Positions 1 through 8,698 of a DNA stretch of 22,534 bases are shown piece after piece (the stretch's first letter is position 1; every line of letters starts with the position of its first letter). Where the stretch lies: positions 1 through 22,534 of the IMG/VR virus record IMGVR_UViG_3300045988_014530; one strand, given 5' to 3'. A program made the translations under genes and the position numbers. The notes below the pieces were generated by a model. The model searched no databases. It saw only the letters and a program-made list of their open reading frames with translations, and was not told where the DNA came from. Origin of the DNA: a virus.

Positions 1-49
1 ACGAGATTCGCCTTAGTCTCGTGGGCTCGGAGATGTGTATAAGAGACAG
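1..49. other. Illumina Nextera adapter read-through (sequencing artefact, not phage DNA)
   Basis: Sequence reads ACGAGAT + TCGCCTTA (i7 index N701 as I recall it) + GTCTCGTGGGCTCGG + the Tn5 mosaic end AGATGTGTATAAGAGACAG. It is the exact reverse complement of 22486-22534. Confidence 0.97.
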
Positions 50-120
50 CCCTTAAACATCTAACAAAATTTTAAAACAAAAAAGCACAACAAAGCTACA
101 AAGTTTATTTTGTAACGATT

Positions 121-174
121 GCTATGCTATACTATCATACTATATACACTAGTACTATACTACTACTATACTAT
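121..174. repeat. Cluster of short direct repeats (GCTAT x2, TACTAT x5) near the left genome end; possible cos-flanking or terminase-binding array
   Basis: TACTAT occurs at 130-135, 138-143, 153-158, 164-169 and 169-174. GCTATGCTAT lies at 121-130. The cluster sits between the last late gene stop (171-173) and the contig terminus. Confidence 0.6.
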
Positions 175-461
175 TCTTCTTTATCTCCTCCGTCTATTTC
201 TTCTTTCTTATTAGTTAAGAATTTATACAAGTGACTAACTACTACTGCTAAGTATACAGTTCCAACCAATGATATTAGTTCATCACTAATCATACCTTTA
301 AAGACTGTCATACCTGCAACGTAAACAGATAGAACAATTAACTCTACTGCCATTCTTTTTCTAACGCTAGGTTTTAGAGTACCTGTGTCAATAAACTCTA
401 GTGCCAAACTAAGTAACTGCATAAATACTACTAAACCAATCGCTTTCAATGTTTCAATCAT
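171..461 (-). CDS. Putative holin, last gene of the late operon
   Basis: 96 aa with hydrophobic segments (AIGLVVFMQLLSLAL, AVELIVLSVYVAGMTVF, LISLVGTVYLAVVV) and a highly charged C-terminus (KKEEIDGGDKEE). It occupies the terminal position of the late operon, as I recall for c2 l17. Confidence 0.6.
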   Translation of the reverse strand: MIETLKAIGLVVFMQLLSLALEFIDTGTLKPSVRKRMAVELIVLSVYVAGMTVFKGMISDELISLVGTVYLAVVVSHLYKFLTNKKEEIDGGDKEE

Positions 462-483
462 TATCTTTCTATCTCCTTTATTA

Positions 484-1725
484 TTAGTTTTCTATCTCGT
501 ATGTTTGTAGTGTACCAGTATAACAATATCCACCATATAACCATTTACTGCTAGGAACTGAATCAAAAAATGTAGCTTGCCAACGTTTGGGAACATATGA
601 ACTATAATTGTCATCTCTGACTTTGTATAAGGCCATATAGTTCCCTTTAGCTTTACATTGTAAGTAGTCTATTCCGTTTGGTTTAGGGTTGTATATGATA
701 GTATTATTCCAATTTACGTTATCAGGTATTTGCTTAATGTCCTGATAGTATTTAATTGTAGGGTTGACAATTTGTGCAAAGTTCTCAACTTCTGCTTTAC
801 ATTCAAACTCTTGTGTAACTGGGTTAAAACCTCTCGTTTCAAAGCCTTTATGTATATTAACTTTAAACGCTGAACAAAAAGCATAATCTTCACTGTAATA
901 AAAACCAAAGTTTGCTGACACTTCACGCATTCCTTGTTTTCCCTCGTAGAAAGTCCAATCATAATACTCTTCATCATGTAATCTGAATTCAGTCCCCAAT
1001 AGTTCAGAACCCTCGAACATCATGATATTTTTCACTTTCCAAAAACTATCTTTTTTAGCTATCCAACGTAAGGAGCGTGAACCTGCATTTGGTAAAGTTG
1101 ATTTAGTAGTGAATACGAAAACACATTTGTGCCAAAGTGTATCTTCGCTACCTATTCTTCTATTCCAACGAACCCAACCGTCAGCACTATTTTCTGCTTG
1201 TTGATACGATTCTCCATTAACGTAAACAGGTTTAGTTAAGTCAATAATAGTGTTTGCACTTGTACCTATTAAAGTTTCCATATCTCCTTTTATAGAAGGT
1301 GTTGTACGCTTCATGTCCCATTGCCAAGTGTAAGTAGTGTTAGGCTTTAAAACATTCAATTGATTATATTTTGTATAATCTTCTAAGTCTTTATCGCTAG
1401 GACACTTAAAACCATAATACCCACTTTCATAAGTACCATAATCAAAAATATCTCCGCTATCGCCAAAACTTGCCCAACACGGCTCATTTGCACCTGCTTT
1501 TGTGAAGTAGTCTTTACCTTGGTCAAAAGGGTCAACAAATACCCAACCACCTTTAAGCAAGTTTTTGTACCCTCCACGTTTCATTGTAGGTACTTGCATA
1601 GTTTCTTTGAACATTTCCCAATAATCAGCTTTAGGGATATTAAACTCGATTGCCCTACGTCCTAATCCTATCAGGTCTAGTGGGTTATTTATATGTACCG
1701 TTTTACCGTTTATTGTACTATCCAT
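484..1725 (-). CDS. Distal tail / host-range protein (16th late gene)
   Basis: 413-aa ORF that overlaps the upstream gene by 8 nt. It is rich in W/Y/N/G as in receptor-binding proteins. Residues 12-39 align without gaps to residues 12-39 of the neighbouring 351-aa protein. Confidence 0.5.
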   Translation of the reverse strand: MDSTINGKTVHINNPLDLIGLGRRAIEFNIPKADYWEMFKETMQVPTMKRGGYKNLLKGGWVFVDPFDQGKDYFTKAGANEPCWASFGDSGDIFDYGTYESGYYGFKCPSDKDLEDYTKYNQLNVLKPNTTYTWQWDMKRTTPSIKGDMETLIGTSANTIIDLTKPVYVNGESYQQAENSADGWVRWNRRIGSEDTLWHKCVFVFTTKSTLPNAGSRSLRWIAKKDSFWKVKNIMMFEGSELLGTEFRLHDEEYYDWTFYEGKQGMREVSANFGFYYSEDYAFCSAFKVNIHKGFETRGFNPVTQEFECKAEVENFAQIVNPTIKYYQDIKQIPDNVNWNNTIIYNPKPNGIDYLQCKAKGNYMALYKVRDDNYSSYVPKRWQATFFDSVPSSKWLYGGYCYTGTLQTYEIEN

Positions 1726-2773
1726 TGTGTAGCCCTCTCATTCCATAACCGTCAATTATAAATTCTTGACCGCTGTATTCTAATTGTGTTGTTCCGTCTG
1801 TCCAACCTGTAATATTATTATTAATTTCGCACCTCATCAATGCTCCTGATTGAACCATTGTAATCTGTTTAGCTTGTGGACTTACTAGCATGCCTGTCTT
1901 TGTAACGTTCCATTTTTTATCCTCTTGTGCTTCTTCCCAAGTGTAAGAATTAGGGTTTGTACTGTCCTCTAGCGTTGTATCTGTATATTGTCCGATATGG
2001 CTAGGACGGTCTACTTTTGTTGTAGGATAAAAAGTTGAAAAACCACTCACTAACTCTACTTTTTTCCAACTACCATTAGCAGGGTCACTTCCAAAGAGTT
2101 CGAAGCTCGCTGTGTAATTTCCTGCCTGAAGCACTTTATAGACCCAACGTGTATCTGTTCCGAATCTAAGAAGTGATGTTTCGGACAATGTAAACTTATC
2201 CCAATCATTACACAAAAATGAAAACTCACTTACCAACTCGGCTCTTTTATACATTCCACTAGCAGGGTCATTTCCAAAATCGTTAAAACTTGCCGTGTAA
2301 GTTCCTGCTTGAAACTCTTTGTATGTCCAACGATTATCCACACCATATCTTACAAGAGATGTTTTAGACAATGTGAATGTATCCCAATCATTGCAAAGAA
2401 ATTTAATGTTTGCCCATGCCGTATGCTTATATTTTCCGTCAGGTTGCAACTTTCCTTGTGTTTCGTCGAAACTATTAGAACGACTAATAGAAACGTTACT
2501 TAACGATTTAATTCTATATATTTTCATATCCACATCTATATATCCCTCTGCGTACATTTCGCCACTTTTAGAACTTTGCAAAGGGTCAGCATAAAACATT
2601 ACGCAAAAGTCCATTTCTTCGTCATAACATAAGCCCATATAAACAGCTTTATTACTAAAGAAATCAATATATTGCTTTTTGCTTAATGCTACTTGTATAT
2701 TACTCTTACTAAAATTAATCAATTCGATAGGGTTGTGTATCAACAACTCCTCAAAATTTAACCATGAAATCAT
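1718..2773 (-). CDS. Distal tail / host-range protein with an internal tandem 61-aa module duplication (15th late gene)
   Basis: 351-aa ORF that overlaps the upstream gene by 4 nt. Two adjacent FLCNDWD..ELVS.FS modules occupy residues 125-185 and 186-246. Confidence 0.5.
   Translation of the reverse strand: MISWLNFEELLIHNPIELINFSKSNIQVALSKKQYIDFFSNKAVYMGLCYDEEMDFCVMFYADPLQSSKSGEMYAEGYIDVDMKIYRIKSLSNVSISRSNSFDETQGKLQPDGKYKHTAWANIKFLCNDWDTFTLSKTSLVRYGVDNRWTYKEFQAGTYTASFNDFGNDPASGMYKRAELVSEFSFLCNDWDKFTLSETSLLRFGTDTRWVYKVLQAGNYTASFELFGSDPANGSWKKVELVSGFSTFYPTTKVDRPSHIGQYTDTTLEDSTNPNSYTWEEAQEDKKWNVTKTGMLVSPQAKQITMVQSGALMRCEINNNITGWTDGTTQLEYSGQEFIIDGYGMRGLHNG
2036..2401 (-). repeat. Intragenic tandem duplication, 2 x 183 bp (2 x 61 aa)
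   Basis: By hand alignment the two modules share 42/61 identical residues (FLCNDWDTFTLSKTSLVRYG... versus FLCNDWDKFTLSETSLLRFG...). Confidence 0.85.
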
Positions 2774-4686
2774 TTATATACCCTTTCTATTGTGCATAAA
2801 CCAGTCATAAAGTCAACAGAACGAACTCCACACTCCCCGTAAGTCAAATTACTCACATTAGCTTTTTGACCCCACCAAAATAGTTTGGTATTGTATGCAG
2901 TTGCGTACATTTGAGGGTTAAACTTAACTTCATTATACTTGATAACTGGAAACAATTCTTCTACTCCTAACGTTATCGGTCTAGCGTTTGTAGGAAAATC
3001 ATCGTAATTCTTATCTGTCATGATAACATTACCTTTTAATTCTCCGTTTTTTGGTATGATACCCCAAGTACTAGCTAAAGCCGGGTTACCAAAGGGAGTG
3101 TTAATTTCTCCGCTTTTATTCCACGTTCCGTTGCTTTGTTGTTGGAATAACCATGCCTTTTTAGTGTTATAGTTAATAAAAAGAATTTGCGTTGGTACTG
3201 GTCTAGTTCTTGAATTTTCGTATTCTCTGAACCAGTCCTCTATACTCCGCTCTGTTCTTAATAAACCAGTCGCCCAAATACCAGTAGCACTTGAAACCCC
3301 TTTGAGTTTTTTTGTGTCCGTTTCGCTTAGTTTCGGCTTATAAGGAGCTAAAACAACACCAGTAGGAAAAGCCACGCTTCCAGTCCATTCATTCATAGAA
3401 CTATATTTTGTTTTTTCACTAACTCTACAATTATTCATTCCGGGAGTTGCACGCATTTCAGTCACGTAGCTATTAAAGTCCCAATCAGCCCAATAAGAAC
3501 CCATATTATAACCTATGTTAAGCATTGCCGAACGAATTAACTCGTCCACTTTATAGCGTTTGTCAGCTTGTTGGTAATAGTCACCCTCTAAAATGTTACT
3601 TGCCATTTCTCCAAAAGTGCAATCGATAGCTGTATTTGCGTCAGTAACGTATAACGGTTCTTGGTTATCCACCCAAGCCTTTGTGTCGCTGTCAAAAGTT
3701 TGCCTAGTGTTTGTGAACTGGTCAGGATAAATGACGTTACCAGTCAAATCAAATATGCCCTTATTTCCGTTTATAACGCGAAATTTGAGCGTTCTACCTG
3801 CTTCGGTGTCATAAGTATCAGAATCAATTCCAATCAATACACGTTGATTAAGAGGACGACTATAACACCAAACAGCTTCTTGTTTGCAAATCCCTCTTTC
3901 CTCTAAGTAAAAAAGCTCTTTATCAGTTTTTGAACCTGCCCAAATATAATCTTTATAATTGGTGCTTTGCGGTGCTGTACCCTCATAAGTTCCTGTAAAC
4001 GGTGGTGTTCCGTCATCTGTGTTGGTCTTTTTATAGCTTTCAAATTCATCTCTATCCTCAACAAACGGAGTAACCTCTCCACCTTGTTCAATTTTAGGCA
4101 AATACACTTCAAATTGTACAAAATCGCTTGTTTGTGCCACTTCAAAAGCTATACCAAATTTTTCAACCGTTTCCGTACTAGGTAGCGTGTAAATTTCTTT
4201 TATATCTAAGTATTGATTAGGTTGGACTTGGTATGTAGCTACAAGCTCATTTTTTGTACCGTATAGCAATTTTAAACTAACCTCTAGTACATTTACACTA
4301 GAATTATATAAAGTGCCTGACAAGCCGTATTTTTGCCCTTGTTTGAGGCTAGGTGTTACAAAGTTAGGGTATAAATTAGGATATTGTTTTCTTTCATAAT
4401 CTGTACAAAAAGCAATACCGCTTATTTTGTTTTCTCCTTGCGGTTTAGTGATAATAGAACCATAGCTAAAAGGTCTATTCCAGTCGTCAGGACATTTTTT
4501 TCTTTGCCAACGTTTACTGGTTTCTGAACCTGTCGTTCCGTCTAACAAATAGATATGTTGTGGCAACAATGCAATTGTTTCAATGCTTTTCAAAGAACAA
4601 CGTTGTACAATGTTCCAATTAGGTTTTTTAATCGTGAAATCTCTACCAGTGTTAGAATTCCAACAATATGCTTTAAAAATAGTCAT
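2770..4686 (-). CDS. Large distal-tail / adsorption-apparatus protein (14th late gene)
   Basis: 638-aa ORF coupled by 4-nt overlaps to both neighbours. It lies downstream of the tape measure and packaging genes. I recognised no catalytic motif. Confidence 0.45.
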   Translation of the reverse strand: MTIFKAYCWNSNTGRDFTIKKPNWNIVQRCSLKSIETIALLPQHIYLLDGTTGSETSKRWQRKKCPDDWNRPFSYGSIITKPQGENKISGIAFCTDYERKQYPNLYPNFVTPSLKQGQKYGLSGTLYNSSVNVLEVSLKLLYGTKNELVATYQVQPNQYLDIKEIYTLPSTETVEKFGIAFEVAQTSDFVQFEVYLPKIEQGGEVTPFVEDRDEFESYKKTNTDDGTPPFTGTYEGTAPQSTNYKDYIWAGSKTDKELFYLEERGICKQEAVWCYSRPLNQRVLIGIDSDTYDTEAGRTLKFRVINGNKGIFDLTGNVIYPDQFTNTRQTFDSDTKAWVDNQEPLYVTDANTAIDCTFGEMASNILEGDYYQQADKRYKVDELIRSAMLNIGYNMGSYWADWDFNSYVTEMRATPGMNNCRVSEKTKYSSMNEWTGSVAFPTGVVLAPYKPKLSETDTKKLKGVSSATGIWATGLLRTERSIEDWFREYENSRTRPVPTQILFINYNTKKAWLFQQQSNGTWNKSGEINTPFGNPALASTWGIIPKNGELKGNVIMTDKNYDDFPTNARPITLGVEELFPVIKYNEVKFNPQMYATAYNTKLFWWGQKANVSNLTYGECGVRSVDFMTGLCTIERVYK

Positions 4687-4982
4687 TCTATTGCCAAGCC
4701 CTCCACTAAGTCTACTAGTTCTTTTTCTGTGCTTACTTCGTCCACTTTTTGTTGTTTAAGTTTCACATTTGCGTCAATATAAACACCCTCAATCTCCATT
4801 AATTTTAACAATGCTGAACGGTCTGGCAGTTTATTGACTTCGGTAACTGTTCGCCCTGTTTCTGTTTTCCGTCCGTTTGCGTTGTTTTTATATTGAATAA
4901 CTGTCTTTGTTTCTTTTCCTCCAAAAGCTAGGGTCTTTAACGCTTCTAGCATTTTTTTATTTTCTTCTTCTGTCATAGCCAT
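4683..4982 (-). CDS. Small acidic protein, possibly related to terminase small subunits
   Basis: 99 aa, immediately downstream of terL with a 1-nt overlap. The segment PDRSALLKLMEIEGVYID resembles the C-terminal motif of Terminase_2-type small subunits. The similarity is weak and judged by eye. Confidence 0.3.
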   Translation of the reverse strand: MAMTEEENKKMLEALKTLAFGGKETKTVIQYKNNANGRKTETGRTVTEVNKLPDRSALLKLMEIEGVYIDANVKLKQQKVDEVSTEKELVDLVEGLAIE

Positions 4983-6538
4983 TAAATGAAATAGTCCTCA
5001 CTTTCTTCACTTTCTAAGAACCACCACATCAAGTTAATTAAAGCGTCAGCCAAATCAATCTTATCTGTATAGCCCTTTTTAATAATACGCATAAGCCCAA
5101 AATCGTTTATTTTCGTTTCTGCGTTCATTAAATGCACCGCTAGTAATTTACTATCAAAATGAATTTTCCCCTCCTCCATTAGCTTCTGTGTGGCTTCTAG
5201 GGTATTAGATAGCTTAAAACTGTTTTGCATTACTTTATTATAAAATTCAATGTCATAAGTTTGTTCAAATTTATCAATGAAATTTCTGGCATAGTTAGGG
5301 TCATAATTCAACGCAATAGGAACACTACCATTCATAGCACTCATAAAAGCGTCCCACGCTTCATCTGACATGTTATTAATGCCCTCGTGTGTTATTGTTT
5401 CTCCTAAGTGTTTAAATTTGTCATCTGCACTTTCTGGCATTACAGGAATAGCTTTAAAATAATAGTGTCCGTTTTCTCTGTAACCTATCACAGTACCCCA
5501 AACATCGCCACGAACTGAAAAGTCTGAACCGATAGCAACTAAACGACCCTCAAAGTCTAATGGCGGTACTAGACACTTATCTACAATTTGTTTTGTAAAG
5601 ATTGTAGTGCTGTCAGTCATTGATAAGTTAAAGCGTTTAGTGATAATTTTAGCCATTTTAACAGGGTTACCGATTGCCCCTATAAAGTCCTTTTGAATGT
5701 CCTCAAGACTTAAAGTGTAGCCTAAAGCTGGGTTTGCTTTAATATATTTAGAACTGTCTTTTACTTCGTCATAATCATCCAAAGCATAATAGAATACCCA
5801 ATGGCTGAAATCATCGTCTTTTACCCATTCTTTCCAACTTTCAAGCTCATCATCATAAGCACCGCCACGAATAACGTTGTTTGTGGTTGAAATAAAAAGC
5901 GTACCCTTATTTTTTCTTAGCCCCTGTCTAATAGTGATAAGAGGGTTCTTTTTAAACGCACCAAATTCATCTATGATAACAAGTTGTTCACGTCCGCCGT
6001 CTAGCGTGTCCTCGTTACTAGCATAGATAGAAATCTCTGTACCTTTACATTTAAGTATTGAGTTTTCTTTTACAAGTATTTGTTCTTTGTTCAGTTTGAA
6101 TTGATTTTTAAACTTATTAATGATAGTGCCTTGACAGTTTCCCATAGCTCTAAAATGTTTCATCAAGATTTTTTCAGCTTGGTCTTTTTTGGTAGCCATT
6201 AAAGCAATAACACTATTAGGCTTAGGAAACAAAAAGAGTTCAATTAAGGCTATCATTACATCAAGAATAGATTTGGCATTTGAACGTCCTACAATTACAA
6301 CAACTTCATCAATTTGATAAGGAGTGCAATACATCAAAGTAAGTACCGCCTTATGATATGGTATGATTTTAAAGCGTTCGTTATTAGGCAAAGTCATAAA
6401 CTTCTCAATGAAATTAAAGATTTTATCTGCCTTTTTGTAGTCTATTTCATGCTCGATTTTAGCCACTTTTTTCTTTAGTAGCTTAATCATTTCGCCATTA
6501 TCTTTACTTTGCCCTATCCAGTCTTGAATTAAACTCAT
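4982..6538 (-). CDS. terL: Terminase large subunit
   Basis: 518 aa. It has a deviant Walker A (VGRSNAKS) and a Walker B (LVIIDEFGAF). The C-terminal nuclease-like region contains acidic motifs (GSDFSVRGD, DLADALINLMW) typical of Terminase_1 family proteins. Confidence 0.85.
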   Translation of the reverse strand: MSLIQDWIGQSKDNGEMIKLLKKKVAKIEHEIDYKKADKIFNFIEKFMTLPNNERFKIIPYHKAVLTLMYCTPYQIDEVVVIVGRSNAKSILDVMIALIELFLFPKPNSVIALMATKKDQAEKILMKHFRAMGNCQGTIINKFKNQFKLNKEQILVKENSILKCKGTEISIYASNEDTLDGGREQLVIIDEFGAFKKNPLITIRQGLRKNKGTLFISTTNNVIRGGAYDDELESWKEWVKDDDFSHWVFYYALDDYDEVKDSSKYIKANPALGYTLSLEDIQKDFIGAIGNPVKMAKIITKRFNLSMTDSTTIFTKQIVDKCLVPPLDFEGRLVAIGSDFSVRGDVWGTVIGYRENGHYYFKAIPVMPESADDKFKHLGETITHEGINNMSDEAWDAFMSAMNGSVPIALNYDPNYARNFIDKFEQTYDIEFYNKVMQNSFKLSNTLEATQKLMEEGKIHFDSKLLAVHLMNAETKINDFGLMRIIKKGYTDKIDLADALINLMWWFLESEESEDYFI

Positions 6539-6551
6539 TTTTTATATCTCC

Positions 6552-6839
6552 TTATATTAAGCCCTCCGCTATAATTCTAGCATAGTCAATCAAATCTCCA
6601 CTTCGTTCCATTCCTTGGTGGCATTTATGGCAAAGAACTTCGGTAGGTACATTTATTACCTCTTTGTCAAAGTCGTTTACCTCTAACATGTCGTTTTGCC
6701 ATTGTAGTGGTATAACGTGATGACAAATTAAGTGTTCTGTACTCCAACATTTTTCACAATGACCTATCCTGTTTTTCTCTGTGCGTGCTTTTCTTATCCA
6801 CTTAGGGTTATTGTATAATTTACTTTTAGTATAAATCAA
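6552..6839 (-). CDS. HNH endonuclease associated with the packaging module
   Basis: 95 aa with Cys/His motifs HCEKCWS...LICHHVIP...LCHKCH. It lies directly upstream of terL, the arrangement known for HNH-dependent cos packaging machines. Confidence 0.85.
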   Translation of the reverse strand: MIYTKSKLYNNPKWIRKARTEKNRIGHCEKCWSTEHLICHHVIPLQWQNDMLEVNDFDKEVINVPTEVLCHKCHQGMERSGDLIDYARIIAEGLI

Positions 6840-8698
6840 CGCTTGTTCAATTTAACCCCATTTCTTTCCAGTTTGTTATAAATTTCGTTCGCAATTCTAC
6901 GACCGTCAGCACTAGATTGTACGTAAATTTTGATGTCTTGTTGTGAGTTGTCTTGTGTTCCAATGCTAGATGTTGCTGTTGTTCCTTTGGTTGCTTGTGC
7001 ATAAGGTTGTACCGCATTGACAGCTCTACTGATTGCTTCCCTACCCCCTGCAAAGAATTGTAAGTCTAATGGAATTTGACCGTTTCTTGAACCTAGAATT
7101 TTTTGACTTAGTGAAGTGGGTTCTTTAATTCCTAGAGGGTCAATGTTACTTGTTAGCCAATGAAAGTCACTAAAAGCGTCACCCCATGTACTGTTCTTTC
7201 TGAACCCTAATGCTTTACCAAGTAAACCAGTGTTACCACCAACGCTATGTGAAAGGTTCAATGCACTTTGGACGGCACTATAAGCATTATTTGCCCAGTT
7301 ATATAAATCTATTAATGAACTAACGGCTGAACTAACTTTACCTAAGAAGCTACCGATAGAAGCGTAATTGATTTTATTAAAGAAGTCATCAACTGCTTTT
7401 TTAGCGTCATTGACTGCGTCTTTCATTTCATCTTGTGAAACTTTACCGTCATGGTTCTTGTCAACGATTTGTGTTAATGCCCCAACTGCTTTACCTGCCA
7501 TTTGACCTAACTGACTACCGACAGTACTTGCCATTGTTGTGGCGTTGTTTCCTAAGTTACCCATGTCAATGCCTGTATCTCCTAAGCCTTTACGGAAACC
7601 GTCCAAAGCACTTGTATTGAAGCCGTTAGAAATCATTTCACGAATTTGCCCCCACGTGCTAGGGCCTGAAGATACTAGTTCGTTCCCTTTTTGCTGGAAC
7701 AATTCCATGGCACGGTTCATTACATCTGTACCGACAGCACCGTTTTCCATGGCTTTCTTGAAACCCTCTATACCTACGCTAGTATGATTAATTTCGTTGT
7801 ATGCTTGAATCAACATGTCGCGGAATTGAGCACCTAAAGCTGACTGCATCATTTGGTTGAAGTCTTGAGCGTGTAACGTACCAGAACCCAACGCTTGAGC
7901 CAAACCATAAGAGAATTGTTTTTGTGTGTCCATTCCTAGACCTAAACTATCCCCCACAGCATTAATTGAATTAACAATTTTAAATGCTTGGTCGCCTGTT
8001 AGACTAGTATAACCTGAAATGGTAGACCCTAACTCATTTAAGTCATTACGCTGTGATTTTAGAAGTTCGCTACCTGAATCAATGTATGAATTGAAACGTT
8101 TGTAACCCTCTGCACCGTCTGACAAAGTAGCTGACAAGCTCTTTTGTGCTTGAATTTGACGGTCATAAGTATTCATCAAGTTGTTAGCAAAACCACCAAC
8201 CAAGTCAGTAGCTTTTGAAATTCCGCCACTTACAAGCCCAATTGCTGACGAGATACCACTTACAACGTTACCAACTTTTGAGAATGTTCCTAATAGCGAA
8301 CCGCCTGCACTTTTTACGTTTTCAACTACGCTTGAAAGTCCTCCGCTTTTTTGCGAACCTACTTTTGAAAGCTCTGTGCTTAATCTAGTCGCTTGCGTTT
8401 GTGCTTTGACTAGTTGACTTTCTAATGCCTGCACTTGTTTTTGTGTAGCACCTGACATCTTTGCGTTCGCAAGTGCTTTTGTTAAATTATCTACGTTCTG
8501 TTTAGCAAGGTTTAAAGCTCTTTGTGTTTCTTTAATACCTTTGTCTTTCATAGTCACAGAACCTGTTATTTGAGCGTTCTTGTTCGTTTCTTTAGCTAGG
8601 CGACCAATATTATTAATTTCTCTCTGTACTTCCCTAGCACTACTTAAAACACCCTTAGTGTCCAGTTCTGCCTGAATGACATACTTTTCTTTAGCCAT
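6836..8698 (-). CDS. Tape measure protein (10th late gene)
   Basis: 620 aa and the longest tail-region ORF. It has an N-terminal coiled-coil-like region and long Gly/Ser/Ala-rich low-complexity segments. It lies downstream of the major tail and chaperone genes and contains the EF-hand-like loop DKNHDGKVSQDE. Confidence 0.8.
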   Translation of the reverse strand: MAKEKYVIQAELDTKGVLSSAREVQREINNIGRLAKETNKNAQITGSVTMKDKGIKETQRALNLAKQNVDNLTKALANAKMSGATQKQVQALESQLVKAQTQATRLSTELSKVGSQKSGGLSSVVENVKSAGGSLLGTFSKVGNVVSGISSAIGLVSGGISKATDLVGGFANNLMNTYDRQIQAQKSLSATLSDGAEGYKRFNSYIDSGSELLKSQRNDLNELGSTISGYTSLTGDQAFKIVNSINAVGDSLGLGMDTQKQFSYGLAQALGSGTLHAQDFNQMMQSALGAQFRDMLIQAYNEINHTSVGIEGFKKAMENGAVGTDVMNRAMELFQQKGNELVSSGPSTWGQIREMISNGFNTSALDGFRKGLGDTGIDMGNLGNNATTMASTVGSQLGQMAGKAVGALTQIVDKNHDGKVSQDEMKDAVNDAKKAVDDFFNKINYASIGSFLGKVSSAVSSLIDLYNWANNAYSAVQSALNLSHSVGGNTGLLGKALGFRKNSTWGDAFSDFHWLTSNIDPLGIKEPTSLSQKILGSRNGQIPLDLQFFAGGREAISRAVNAVQPYAQATKGTTATSSIGTQDNSQQDIKIYVQSSADGRRIANEIYNKLERNGVKLNKR

